A stretch of 62,517 nucleotides of DNA, the filler included, from Sphacelaria rigidula (Eukaryota), in assembly GCA_964200075.2 (NCBI GenBank). It is 10 parts of 10 records of this genome, joined end to end, with 100 filler letters (N's around TTAATTAATTAA, not from the genome) between each part and the next. Parts side by side here need not be neighbours in the genome. Positions count along the whole stretch, not along the records: positions 1 to 6,162 come from CAXNAA020021838.1; positions 6,263 to 12,424 come from CAXNAA020021839.1; 8 more parts are not named here. One strand, written 5' to 3'. Below, piece after piece: positions 1 to 12,277 of this stretch. Position 1 is the first letter of the stretch. Each line of letters begins with the position of its first letter. The notes beneath the pieces were generated by a model. The model ran no database searches and was not told the DNA's origin. It worked only from the letters and a program-made list of their open reading frames with translations. The translations under genes were made by a program, and so were the position numbers.

Positions 1-511
1 GTCTAGAGGTGTGTGTGGGGGGGGGGGATCGTACAAAATGTCAGGGGCAATAAATCATCACGCCCAACACCACGGTAATCTTCTTCGCCTTGATTAGTCA
101 CCAACGACATAATTATCCGTGCACTGTAGTGGTGGACAATTTGACGCAAAACGTAGTGAGAACCGCTGGCGTGAGGTACAGCAAATGGCGGGGAGCCCGG
201 CAGGCACCTTGCCGATATCGTGACGTAGCGTGTGAAGAATCGCGGCGAGTTATCGTCAAAAAAATAAAGGGGGCAGAGCTCCGAGTGATGGACTGAATGT
301 CTGACTGACTGTTGTCCCACGCGAACCGATCCGACACAAGTCCACCTGGTGCACACACTCTGAAAATGAGTGGGGGAGACGAGTAACTCGAGGTTACGGT
401 GAGAAGAGACAACACTAGAGGCTCATGATGGCAGTTGATAGAGCGCTGGCAAGGGAAGTCGCCCTCCTCGGAGTGAAATTGACGGGCATTGAACCCCCAC
501 GACTAACTTTT

Positions 512-601
512 TGTGACGGTTTAAGAGACAACAAACTAGACTACTGATGAGTCAGCGCTGACTGGTCAGTAGTCTAGTTTGTTGTCTCTTAAACCGTCAC
601 A
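512..601. repeat. 90-bp near-perfect palindrome with TGT...ACA ends
   Basis: 512-547 (TGTGACGGTTTAAGAGACAACAAACTAGACTACTGA) is the exact reverse complement of 566-601. The centre 550-563 (AGTCAGCGCTGACT) is self-complementary. Only 548-549/564-565 mismatch. Confidence 0.95.
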
Positions 602-2138
602 GCACAAAAGTTCCCCCAAATTTTCAATGTCCTCAACTGGCCAATGTACACCTTCCAAACCGAACTTTATGTTTTGCATATGCACGGGGGGCTTCACCCA
701 CATATCTTCAAATGCTCGTTGTTGTCCATCAGTCAAACCTGCCAACACCTGAGGTTCCTCTACATTTTGGTCAACCGTGTATATCTCTTCGGGTTTTGGA
801 TTCTTTGTTTCAAAAATCTTAACGTCCTCCAGAGAGCATGGTACCAAGGGTGCCCCCGCTGAACCTAGAGTAGTGTTTGGATGCAACATCTGTCCTTCTA
901 AACCGTAACAACGGAGAGGGATAATGGATTCACCTGCTTCTACGATGATCTCCTGTGGGAACCAATCTGGACCGAGAAATACGGAATTAGAGCCACTACT
1001 GGCGGGCGTTCCGTCCATGTTACATAGTTTTACTGGGATCCATGACAATGTATTCGGTCGTATCATTTCCTGAGACGCATTGTATACTACTATAACTTGA
1101 GCTGTGGTCGATTTCGGTTCCACAAAACCCACAGCCGTGCGGACTTTTACCGCAAACGCACGATCGACAGAGTCATGGTTGTTCCCTTGCAAGGTCATGA
1201 CTGTCTCTCGTCGGTTCACATCCCGGTACGTTCTGGCTGGAAATAATCCAAGTCCATCGCGTCCTACTAGAACGTCGTAATTCAGTGTTCCTTCGGGTAC
1301 AACATGGGCGTAGATTGCTAGACATGCTTGTCCGTTCTGAACTGACATCCCTGGGTTGGGTCTTCTAGGCCGCAGTCTGATATTCAACCGCACCTGTGAA
1401 GAAGTACACAACGGGACACCATTAAAACCACCCCAGGATACAGGCTCTATCTCTCGGACGCCTTCAATGGTGGCGGCCCCAACATCAACCATCTTTTTCC
1501 ATATGGAGTAATGAATAAATGTCGCCGGACTCCCTGTGTCCACCAAAGCCTTAACCTCCAAGGTTCTAGTTGCCTTTGGGCCAGAAAGTATTTGCGCCAA
1601 GGTCGAACTTTCTTTCCGGTTTAAACTCACTTCCCCACCCCTGACTTGGTTAATTTCTTCCAAGTATCGACCTTTCCTTCCTCGCGCTACCTGACTAGCG
1701 ATGGTCGCGGATACGCGGACGGAAACGGGTCCCGGAGGCAGACGATTGCCAGTGCTGGGGTCCAACGCATATATACTCTGTGCGGGCGCCCTACTTGGCT
1801 CGTCACTTTTTTCTACATCTACCCTACGCACTACGTAGCACGAAGATTCATCCCGATCTGTTTGTCGTGAAGTATCCTGGGATTCTCCAACGGTTCCATC
1901 GGGGAAATGAATAGTTATGCATGCCTGCACATCGTTACCATTGTCAGATGATCCACTTTCGTGTACGGTTGCCAGATCGAGAGTAGGACCAGCGACGCTT
2001 GATCCCCCCTGATTCTCATTACTGTTGCCCCGACTGTTGTGAGCTGTTGAGCTACGAACATCGTGATCTCTGGTCGGAGAAATTTCATCTTCACCCACTT
2101 CAATGCTACTGATTGTCGAACTGGTGCGTTTTGTTTTT
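602..2138 (-). pseudogene. pol: Retroviral-type aspartic protease region of Pol
   Basis: ALVDTGSP active-site motif (about 1527-1549) and downstream YDVLVGRD motif. Lies in the -1 frame relative to Gag. Confidence 0.85.
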
Positions 2139-2781
2139 CATGCACAGTGGAAATCTCGGCGGGAAAATCATTTTGTTCCCCTACCGGAGCATTGCTATTA
2201 TCCCGAATGTTGCGGGCAGACTTGCCGTGATCAATCGAAGATTTAGTTTCAGCGGGAGTAATGCCACTTCGACCAACCAGGTTCCTACTACTTCTGTTGT
2301 TCCTGCCGATGCGGGTCGTTTCATCTCGCACGGTAGAACCTGCGGCGATGTGATCTCTGCGTGTTTTCCCCGGTCCAAGTGGGTATCGAGGGCTACGTTC
2401 AATGCTAACTCGAGCACGCGGTTCACCTGCCTCACCCTGGATGACTACTTTTTCTACTGGGTGCTCATTACTTTGCGACTGTACAATCGCATCGGGTCCA
2501 TCCAAAACCCTGGCTACAACCGACGGTTCGCATGATTCATTTCGGTTGTGTGCCTTTGCACTCGATGTTTCCTTTTCACGTAAGACATCGCTTAGAATTT
2601 GTGCGCAACTAGGGGAGCGACCCCCAGCTGATGCACTATTCCGACGGCCAGACTGAAATGTCGTACAAGATTTCCACGCTACGGCCCCACTTGCCCCCGT
2701 CTGCAATAAAGTACCTGCAGTTTGGGTGACATTCTGATCTGTACAGGGTAGTGATGACTTTCCAACATTCGAATTTCCTTC

Positions 2782-5700
2782 CTATGGATGATCAGTCCAT
2801 ACGTTAGATTTCATTGTTCCATCGGCACCACAATTCTTACCCGGCGGGAAGGTTAATTCCCCGCTGCCCCAACTCGTAGTCGTCCCATGCGATGACGAGC
2901 GAGTTTGACTGAGCAGACTAGACTCAGTGTCGACATTAGTATTTGCAGTTTCTGCAGGAGGGACAAGTCCTCCGATACTTAATACGGGCTGAAGTGCTCT
3001 CGATGAACCAGCCCGAGTTTCATCGTCGCACCTACACTGTTTATTTCTATTACGATGGTACGCACACAGGCGGTGCTGCCATCTTCTCCATTTTTCCGAG
3101 ATATCTTGTGGGGACCCTTCTCCGATTTCATGGTTGAGTATGCCTGATTTTTTCATAAATTCTTGAGGACAGTCTCGGGCCAGAAGGTATTCCGAGCTAC
3201 CGCAATTCAAACAGAAAGGACCGAATGCTTTACGCGCTGCGTCTTTTGCTTCACGAGAGTGAAATGGTCCATAAAAGGGAGGATTTCTACCCTTTCTTCC
3301 GAAACGGTGGTTATTTTTCTGACCGACTGAGTATACATACTGCATTTCTGTGTCTTCCTCGTGGTACACCTCATCAATGCCCATGACACCCCCAAAAATT
3401 TTGCTATGTAACGCCTTGGCGAAATGTCTAGATCGGGTGACCACACCAACACTCCCGGTACCAAAACGTTTTGCGGCTACCGTCACCAAGGTGTTCGTAT
3501 CGAAATCACGAAGTGCGTTCATTAACTGTTCCGCATTTTCAAAGGGTAGGAGTTGATGGTGGCGACCCGCAAACGCCTGTGCACTAATATTCGGGAATTG
3601 ATCGTCAATGCCATTCTTTACCGCCGATTGAATTGAAGCATTTCCCGGGGCTAGCTTTCGACCCACACTCTGCACATTTGCCACCAGAAGTCTCAGTTCA
3701 GATAAATAGGTCGCGAAAGTAGTTCCAGGGTCAACTGTGAAATTTACCAACAGACCCATCACACCTGCGGGGGTGACTTTACTCAACGCGCGACCAAGCA
3801 TGCGTAACACATGGTCAAACGCCTCGGGACCCGGCAATCCATTTTCTTGCATTCTAATAGCCTCGTTTGTTACATCTGATATGCGGGTTCGTAAAACGGA
3901 TGCAGCCTGATGCCCCTGGGATGTGGATTTACCCCCTCGTATCGATTTCAACAAATATTTTTGCAAACACTTCACCCAGCCTGGATGCCAACCATCAAGG
4001 TCCGTGTCCCCAACAATTGCACGCATGTCATTAGTCGAATCACGAAGGGCCGCACCAAAAGCTACTAAATCTGCCACGTCATGATCTGGGCTGAGGGGCA
4101 GTTTCGGCAAATCGATCAATATGGAAGTGTCCATTTTCGCATATTCTCTTGCAATCTCAGCGGCAGACTTTACCGGTGTCTTGGTTTCAAACACTGTGCT
4201 TATCATTTGTGTTGGTGCAGACTGTGTAATCCCAGATGGCTGCGTATATACAGCGGTTAAATCCACCACTGTTCTCTGCGTTTTCGGCAATTCTTCCTCA
4301 TCACACATTCTTTTAGCATAATAAAATTGAGGGTTCCCTCGGCCTCTCCCTCTGCGACCTCTCGGGGACCTCGGCTCGTGCCAGCCCGAAGAGCTATTTC
4401 CGTCTTCCGACGTGGATTTCTCCCACCAACGCTGCTCTCGGGGTCCACGACCAACCGAATACTCCCTTCCCGGTGTCTTACCAGAAGGCTGGGGTGATTG
4501 GCCAGTTTCGTTACCGCGCGCAGAGGTTATCATTGCGTGATACTCCAGCCAGTCAGATAAAGGCCGTCCGTCAGGACACGTTCTTTTGATTTCCTGGTAT
4601 TCCGGAGGGGACAAACCATTTGTAAGCGAAGAAGTGGCTGGACGAGGGTGTTGGTCCGAGCGAACCGGGGCCATCTGAACGGCCGGCTGCCGTTGAACCG
4701 CCGGGACCCTTTCCACGGCCGGCGGAAGTTGCGAGACCGACGCAGGTGGGTCTTTCGCTTTGATGACTGTTTCCAAGGGAGGTTCACCCCGCCCCCGCTG
4801 ATACTCAGCGTATTCTGCCGGTCCCATTCGTTTCGGCAGAATATTGGCTTCCGGCACCTGGTCTACGGTTGTCCTCTCCCGGGTTTTCCGGGCTTCCAAC
4901 ACCGCCTGCCCCTGGGTGGCTACCTCCGTCATTAGTTCACGGTTTCTCTTTTCTAGAGCCTCCCCCCCTTTTCTGTTTCGTTCCATTTCCTGCGTGACCT
5001 CTTGTTGCTGGGAACGCACCCGTTCCAACTCATCTTTTTCCCTTTTGAAAATAGCCGCCGTCTTGGTTAATTCCCGACGCGCCATCTGAGGGGTCACGGT
5101 CGGGAACACGGATTTGTTCAACGATTCAGCGCTATTCTTTCTCACAGCCTGAGCGTAGGTTACATGGGGGGGTTTTGTCTTCCTTGAAACTACTTCCCAT
5201 TCCGTGCCAGCTGCCTCATTCACATTCTGGGAGGGCGGGTTATGTGTCACCCCTGCTTCGGCTGAAGCTAACGACAATCGTCGAGCCATTGCCTCATCTT
5301 TCCGCATCAGTTTTTCAATTTTTGCTCTTCTACGGGCCGCGGCGCGTAGTTCCGCTTTATGTAGAACATGTGCTAAGGCCTCATTACCGTCCGTATCAGA
5401 CTCCTCAAAAGAGATTTCATCGGCTGGGGAGTATGATCTCCTCCCCGGCGAACGTTCAACCGTGTGCCGCGCCACCGTCATTGGTTTGCGGAAAATGTGT
5501 GCCCTCGTTTGGATATTTCCAGCCAACTTGGGCCTCGTCTGACCTGACGGAATGGGGGTATAGAACCCTCCAGGGGTAGCAACTGTCGTGACTGAGCGAT
5601 TTCCACCATCAGCGTCCTTTCCCAACACACGGTATCTATCCGCGTACGACAGCGAATCCAATAGTTTGCGAGCAATCTCTACCACATCGTCAATTACAGC

Positions 5701-5790
5701 ACCAGATTGAGTTTTGCCAACCGCTGGTTGTTTTTCGTCGCCCCCACGACACCATGAAATATCACCAGAACTGGAACCGATGATGACCAC
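2782..5790 (-). pseudogene. gag: Retrotransposon Gag-like polyprotein (1002-aa ORF; the same frame continues to 6090 and to about 2140 across single stops)
   Basis: Coiled-coil N-half and degenerate knuckle CLNCGSSEYLLARDC (C-x2-C-x4-Y-x5-C, 3169-3213). In-frame TAA at 5821-5823 and TAG at 2782-2784. Confidence 0.75.
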
Positions 5791-6162
5791 ACGCGCTACT
5801 GCTGTTGTTGGTACTCTTCCTTACACGGCAGACACTAAGTAAACGTCGCCCAGCGGCTCATGCCAGAAGGGGAAAGCTCCGGCAGTGGGGCTGCCAGGGG
5901 TAATGATCCCGCACACAACCCCGGCGGAGACCGCTGGTTCGGTTAGCGAGGCCACCCCTGAAGAATCGGTGGTGTCTCCGATCCAAGAGGTGAACACTCC
6001 AGATAAAGACGTAGACGACGAGGATATACACAGCGGGATACCCCGTATTGGTGAACCGGGGACAGGCGGACACGATCGAGCGCTGTGCATGGGTGTCCAG
6101 CGGAGAAGTACGTGAGGATTTGATGGTACGATGAAAAAGAAACAGCACGAGGGCTCCCCCCG

Positions 6163-6262
6163 NNNNNNNNNNNNNNNNNNNNNNNNNNNNNNNNNNNNNN
6201 NNNNNNTTAATTAATTAANNNNNNNNNNNNNNNNNNNNNNNNNNNNNNNNNNNNNNNNNNNN
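6163..6262. other. Artificial contig linker 1 of 9 (44N-TTAATTAATTAA-44N)
   Basis: Identical 100-nt spacer with stop codons in all six frames, recurring every 6261-6262 nt. Confidence 0.98.
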
Positions 6263-6310
6263 CAACGAGCACGAGTGCCACGAGTGACACTCGTGCTCGT
6301 CCGACGTATG
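6263..6310. mobile_element. Right terminus of a MITE of the same family as 16432-17167
   Basis: CTCGTGCTCGTCCGACGTATG matches the 17147-17167 terminus; the contig starts inside the element. Confidence 0.75.
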
Positions 6311-7121
6311 AATACTTCCAAGTAGTCTTCGAGAGCACAAGAGGGGCACACCACGAGTATTTAGTGACAACAGCACGGATCAGCAGTCTACAGTGGTGTT
6401 GTAGTGCTTGTTGCCGGGAACGACAATGAATTTATCGTGTGGATAGCTAGGTTGCACGTTGTGTTGGGTGATGCGGTTTGAGCCGCACTTTTATTTTTCT
6501 TGTTTCTTATTTTTTTTGCTTGTCGCACTCTGAACCCCGACACTTTCTTCGGGACGAGTCCGTGGTCTCAGGGATCATCAACCCATCTCTCCCCCGGTAC
6601 ACGCCTTGCATTTTGGTCTCGCGAATTGGATAATGACAATCAGCACTGCTCCCGTACTGCATTAACTCTCGTCAAACAAACTCAGTCAACAAATATTTTG
6701 TTCACTCACGTACTAACGCTCCCGACGTTGGAGAAAAAGCTACTTCGAAGGAAAAACGAAACGCATCGGGAGTCCAAGTCACGTTCTCTCCACCCTTATG
6801 GGGACAATCACATCGTTTTAATTTAGAGTACCGGGCCGTGGCGGCGAACACATGCTGCGGAGTACGATTCGAGTATCAAGCGTATGATATGCCGCGTTCC
6901 CGTCGTATTCTAGAAATTTCGAGGAAAATACTGGAACGAAATATTATATATTCCCTCCAAAATGCTCGAGGCGCTTCATGGTAGGTGGAGAGAAGCGTGC
7001 TGTAACGTGTGTCGGCAACATTGATTGGCATTTCATGTCAGCGTCCAGGCGTGGATCAGTCGATTTCCCCGAGGAGAAAATTATTGGAGCATGATCAAAG
7101 TCATTTTGTTCAGGTTAGCCC

Positions 7122-7590
7122 GCTCCTTGTAGCAAACAAAGGACAACAAAATCCTGTAAAGCTTTTTTTTTGTTGTTGTCTTTCTTCCTCGTTCCACGCC
7201 CTAAAAGAAAGCTATCCTAGGCGGAGTTCGACATCTTGGAATGACTTGCCGTACTCGTTTGAGCGATTCAAGGACATCTTCACGTTTTCCGGTGGTGGCA
7301 GTTTTTATTTTGGCTAAACAAGCATTTTTGTACAGAGACGGTCAAGTTCAGAGAAAAATGACAGTTTTTTCTTGATTCGATCCTTCTTGGACGAAAATTC
7401 AAGTCTGCCCAAAATAAAAACCGCCGCCACCGGAAAACGCGAAGATGTCCTTGAACCGCTTCAACGAGTAGAGCAAGTCATTCCAAGGTGTCAAACTCCG
7501 CCTAGCTCTCTTTCAGGACGTTTAGTAGAATGAAAAAGGACCAGAAAAACATTTTCACAGGACTTTATTTTTGTTTGCTTTTAAGGAGCT
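7122..7590. mobile_element. Foldback-type MITE with long imperfect inverted arms
   Basis: About 7216-7315 is an inverted repeat of about 7405-7505. Weaker symmetry extends to about 7122 and about 7590. Confidence 0.7.
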
Positions 7591-7635
7591 AGCTAGCTGC
7601 CCTACCATGGAAAAGTAGGATATACGAAGTATATA

Positions 7636-8062
7636 CGTCCTCTGTCCCATAAGTCTGTATCGTTATGGACGTTTAATCGTTTGGGTATTTCAACGTCGAG
7701 CACTCGCTACTACATGCTGAACATTTGTCAGATGGGGCGTGCGTAGGTTAACGTCACGGAGATATCCAAATCAGTAGGGGGTTTGCGGTTTTCACATTTT
7801 TTTAACGATTTTTTTCACAAATTTTCGCGATTCCCGGGTCTCCCATGCTTTACCGGGGAAAAGAGCGAAAAATGGTCATATATTGACCGACCTACTTTTT
7901 CCCGGCCGCGATGCTGCACGGGTCAAGCACCCACGTTGTAGAAAGAATGCTGTTTCTAGCTAAAAAAACGCCAACGAATGCAACCAAAAGATTGAAAATC
8001 AAATCGGACTTCGTTGAGGGCTCGTGCAAACATAACGATACAGACGTATGGGACAGAGAAAG
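7636..8062. mobile_element. Stowaway-like (Tc1/mariner) MITE
   Basis: About 32-bp TIRs (CGTCCTCTGTCCCATAAGTCTGTATCGTTATG / CATAACGATACAGACGTATGGGACAGAGAAAG) resembling the Stowaway CTCCCTCCGTCCC end; TA on both flanks. Confidence 0.8.
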
Positions 8063-8125
8063 TATATAGTGTGGGACTGCAATGCAGGGTGACCGTAAGA
8101 GAGGGGTGGTTGCTGTGAAACAGTT

Positions 8126-8368
8126 CAAGGGTCGGACGAATTGGTAATTCGTCCGGAAATTACTTGATTTTCGTGTAAATAATTCGTACCGTACGAATCA
8201 ATCCCTGGGCTTTGTTTTCAGCGTTGTAGCCCAGCTACACGCAGCCCAGGCACGTGGGATGACGCAAATGTTGCATGGAGACCTGTTCGACCAGCGGTCG
8301 ACTTTTTTCCTCTCTTTCGAGCAATCAGGCCCAAGAAATCGTGGATTTGGTGATTCGTCCGACCCGTG
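8126..8368. mobile_element. MITE family A, copy 1 (CAAGGGTCGGAC end)
   Basis: TIRs CAAGGGTCGGACGAAT / ATTCGTCCGACCCGTG; degenerate 8-bp TSD AAACAGTT/GAACAATT; internally similar to 11264-11494 and 46165-46420. Confidence 0.85.
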
Positions 8369-8436
8369 GAACAATTTCAACTGTTTGTTGGCAACATTAG
8401 GCTATTCGCCGTGCTTTTTCGTCTCATCATGTACAG

Positions 8437-8535
8437 GAGGAGATGGACGGGGTGAAGAAGAAGGCCGCCGCCGCTGTTCAGGCTGCCGTGGCGTTTGCCG
8501 ATGCCTCCCCTCCCCCTCCGTCGGATCTCGCCAAG
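8437..8535 (+). CDS. Internal exon of fused pyruvate dehydrogenase E1 alpha/beta: C-terminal part of the E1alpha domain
   Basis: AG/GT-bounded 99-nt phase-0 exon, EEMDGVKKKAAAAVQAAVAFADASPPPPSDLAK, resembling the E1alpha AVEFADxSPxP motif. Confidence 0.8.
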
Positions 8536-9831
8536 GTGGAGATGAGAATTTGAAGATATCCCATACAAGAGTTTATAATGAGCTTGATTGTGGGCGCTTT
8601 GGCCTCTGGTGACGTTGCTTGCGTGTCAACTTGCAGCAGCGTTGGGTCCTCACTGATGAATATGAAAGGCTTATTTTTTCCTCCGAGTCCACTCGTTTAT
8701 CTATGTGACCTCATGTGAATAATTTGTTTGGGAATAATCGTTTTTTCTTTCTTCTTTTTTTTTTTTGATGTTTTGAACTGTGTAAATGAACCACTTTTTC
8801 TTTATTACGAATATCATGTAAATGTTCGTAGGTTTCTTGGGCATATATATCTGTGTTTGTGCGTGTTTGTTACTTTTATTTCAAAAGAGTAGCTTGATAT
8901 TACATCCTTCAATTTGTTGTAGCATGTGTGTATTTTTACTCCTCGTTTCTCAGTGTTTCTGGTGTTGTCCGGGTCCGACTCTCGGAGCAACCGTTGTTTT
9001 GGATATTTTCTATGCCAAAGCAGCAGAACGCGGCTCACCTGTGAGCCTGACTGTTGATACGAGTTGAAGACCTTTACTCGTACGTACAGTAGCTCTCGTT
9101 TTTGTGGAGTAAGAAGAGTCCGTACTATATGCTTCAAAGTTGTCAGTAGCGTGAGAAGTACCCCCACGGGACTCGGATTGTTTGCAATCGCGAATGTATT
9201 TTGTAGTTGAGTCCGTCATTTCCCGATTTTGTTTTCCAGCATGGTCATGACACGGTTACGCAAGGGTTATGTCGAAAATTCGTTCTTGTGGTGCGGATGA
9301 TGACTTTGCGGCTTGTTTCACAGTTACCCTATTCTTGCTCCCGTGATATTAGAATACCGTACCGTCACTGACGGCGATTGGACATACTGGACAAATTATG
9401 GTCAATAGATTCATTAGACAAGATGTACTGCGTAAAGAGTAGGCCTATTGCGACTATTGCACACCTGGGACCAAATATGGTCAATAGTTGCAATAGACAA
9501 AAATGTACTGCGTAGAGTACAGACCTATTGTGACTATTGTGGGCCGACAATAGTCACAATAGGTATGTACTCTACGCAGTACTTTTCTGGTCGATTACAA
9601 CTGTTGATCATATCTTGTCCAAGGTGTGCAATAACTAACTACAATAGGCACATACTTTACGCGGTACATGTTTTTGTTTATTGCAACTTTCTACCGTTTA
9701 CTGTCGAGGGTGTGGACTACCGTTGCGCGAATTTTATCGCGTTTCGTTTTTGGACTGTTTGCTACAGTACAACTGTAACATGTCGCCCTTTTGTCCCCTT
9801 CTTTTCAATATCTCATCGATCGGCACGTTAG

Positions 9832-9966
9832 GAACTGGAGTACCCCGATTTGCCGAGCACCGACTACAACACCAGGACTGCACCTGCCAACGCGGAAGCG
9901 ATCAACGACCGTTCGCTGCCCAAGCACTCGAAGGCGGAAGCGGAGGCTCACTGTACCATGCTGGAG
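9832..9966 (+). CDS. Internal exon of fused PDH E1: alpha-beta linker
   Basis: Pyrimidine tract plus AG, 135 nt, phase 0, GTAAAA donor. ELEYPDLPSTDYNTRTAPANAEAINDRSLPKHSKAEAEAHCTMLE is in frame with both neighbouring exons. Confidence 0.8.
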
Positions 9967-10220
9967 GTAAAAGTTCTTCTGAGCGTTCATTTTTAGGCAG
10001 TCTTTTGTAAAAACGAAGAAACGAGTAGGTCAAGGATGTGTTCGGTAGGATATTTCCTTCGTGTGGGTATTTTGAAAAAATCGTACACCATGTGCCCAAA
10101 ACTTCTGTAAAGTATTGAGATCGTACTATACAATGACTGGATATTGGGGGTAGAGTTTGGTGATCGGACCATCGCAACACAACATGCGGGAGAGAAAATA
10201 CCCAGGTATATACCCTACCC

Positions 10221-10223
<3 letters not shown>

Positions 10224-10254
<31 letters not shown>
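10224..10254. repeat. (CA)n microsatellite
   Basis: About 15 AC units. Confidence 0.95.
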
Positions 10255-10255
<1 letters not shown>

Positions 10256-10929
10256 CCTTGGGATATCAAAAGTTATCAGTTAAGAGGTAACTGTACCGTG
10301 ACCTGAGGAAGAAGAGAAGACGATTTCACCGTCTTAAATTTACTACGAGTAGTTAGTGAAGTGTGACCACAGCATTTATTATTTCGATGCGACCCTGGCG
10401 CTCGACACATCGTTGATGACATATTCAGGTCGCATAAGCGCTCTGGGGTATGTGGGTGATTTGGGGGTGCGTGCTTGAGCTAGAAAAAGCTAAGCCGAGA
10501 AAGAGGGTTTCCAGCCGTCGGGAGAACAACGGTTTGTCTGAAAAGTAGTTTTCTTTTAGTGTGTAACCTATTCGTACCGTGCGAATTAATCCCTGGGGCA
10601 AGGGGCCTCACATACTGGGATACGTTACGCACTCCCCCACCCTTACCACCTGCCGTGCAACTGTACCATTCACTACTTGTACACAAGCCGGAAAAAGCTG
10701 TTCATGCGCGTACTGCATAGTACAGCACCTACTATCGTCATTATACATCTGATCGGGGGGTACGCACCCCTCGAAAAGGGGGTACCCCCCGTCGCCAAGA
10801 ATGAGGTTTTCGGGAATCCGCGGCGGTGCGTAACATATTCCAGTCTGTCAGGCCCCTTGCTTGGTTTTTTTCTCCAGCGTTGCACCCCAGACACGTGAAA
10901 TAAAAGCATAATTTGGGTAGAAAATTTTT

Positions 10930-11195
10930 CGCACGTCGGACAGGTCATGAGTTACCTGGATATTACTTCTTATTAGACTACTGATCCGGATCATGAGCTA
11001 AATATAATAGCTCATTTGGCCACTATTTCCGTATCAGCTCCCGACAGCGATGTACGGCAAGCACGAGGTGTGGCGGGCAGTTGAAGCTTTGGCTTCTCGG
11101 ACACTGCTGTCACGTGTTCTGTGTTTTTATACAAGTGATATGAGAGATCTATTCGATTATTTATTTGAAGTAGTTCATGAGCTGTCCGACATGTA
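10930..11195. mobile_element. MITE family C (CACACGTCGGACAG-type end)
   Basis: Ends CGCACGTCGGACAG / CTGTCCGACATGTA; 8-bp flanks AAATTTTT/AACGTTTT; termini related to 38854-39112. Confidence 0.7.
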
Positions 11196-11263
11196 AACGT
11201 TTTGGACCCGCGGTCGGCTTTCTTTCCTATTTCGATCAACCACGCCCCAGGTTTCGAAGGTTT

Positions 11264-11494
11264 CAAGGGTCGGACAAATGAAGATTCGTCTGGAAATTAC
11301 TTGGTTTCAGTATCATTGATTCGAATCGTACGATGCAACCCAGGTACACGCAGCCAGGACACGTGGAATGGCGTAAAAGTTGCGTGGATACCCCTTGGAC
11401 CAGCGGTCGGCTTTTTTCTCCCTTTTGGGCAATCAGGCCGAAGAAATCGTGGATTTGGTGATTCGTATAGTCGTGATGATTCGTCCTAACCGTG
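11264..11494. mobile_element. MITE family A, copy 2
   Basis: CAAGGGTCGGACAAAT ... ATTCGTCCTAACCGTG; perfect 8-bp TSD GAAGGTTT (11256-11263 / 11495-11502). Confidence 0.9.
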
Positions 11495-11708
11495 GAAGGT
11501 TTGATGGTTCGAACCGTCGATAATTCGTCCGACTCTTCTTTCCGATTTCCTAGAATGTTGACTGTAAGGAGAGTATGAGAGGGTGGTGGATGCCGTGCTG
11601 GCGGAGCACAGCACGCACAAATTTCCATACCAATGGCATGTTCACTATTAATGGACATAGACGTTGACGCAAGAACCACCGGCAGACGGGCATGGGTATG
11701 AAAACATC

Positions 11709-12210
11709 CACGGTTAGGACAAATCACGATCTATACGAGTTGATTCCTCATGACATGGCAGGAGTCAACCTGTATTCAACTGTTCATCCCGCATGCACCC
11801 GACGGTGAATAACATATGCAGTGTAGTGATCTCAACCGCATACAGATTGGGAGAAAAGTACGGCTGATGCAAGGCCCATGTCATGACAAGATTCAGCGAT
11901 GTGCCGACTCTTCGTCCCGCACGGAGGCATATTCATGGCATAGATGTAGATGTCATTCACGCCTCATGGCAAGTGTGGGTGGCGTGTACAATCAGTTCAT
12001 TCCGTATTTTTTACAGGGGATAAGTATTATGTGTGTCCATGATCCACCCCCCATAACCTGAAGGTAGGAAACAGGTACCGTTGGCGGTGTCCCGCATGAC
12101 ACAAGAGCTCGAAACCTTTGTGAAGTATACAAATGATGTACGAATCGTATGATTTATTCGTTGGAATGAGTTAAATGAGTTGAGTCACGACTTTATTTGT
12201 CCTAACCGTG
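11709..12210. mobile_element. MITE family B, copy 1 (CACGGTTAGGAC end)
   Basis: TIR CACGGTTAGGACAAAT / ATTTGTCCTAACCGTG; flanks AAAACATC/AAAACCTT; inverted homolog at 40668-41126. Confidence 0.85.
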
Positions 12211-12277
12211 AAAACCTTATGTCCAGGGGAAAACTAACAACTAGTACAAAAAATACACACACACAAACCAAAAACAG

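Larger units (their letters stand above)
602..6162 (-). mobile_element. Decayed LTR retrotransposon, Ty3/Gypsy-like gag-pro region, truncated before RT
   Basis: Order on the minus strand is long Gag-like ORF with zinc knuckle, linker, aspartic protease, beta-rich spacer, then pre-RT helix (IENLGELL) cut at the palindrome. Confidence 0.8.

Noticed and set aside
544..570. CTGATGA followed by a stem, resembling a hammerhead ribozyme core
   Set aside because: The required GAAA after stem II is TGGT here; the stem is simply the palindrome centre
2113..5675. Several plus-strand and alternative-frame ORFs overlapping Gag
   Set aside because: Shadow ORFs of a long coding frame with no recognisable motifs
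6207..6218. TTAATTAATTAA as a biological motif (PacI-like site or piggyBac TTAA target)
   Set aside because: Synthetic six-frame stop linker embedded in N runs
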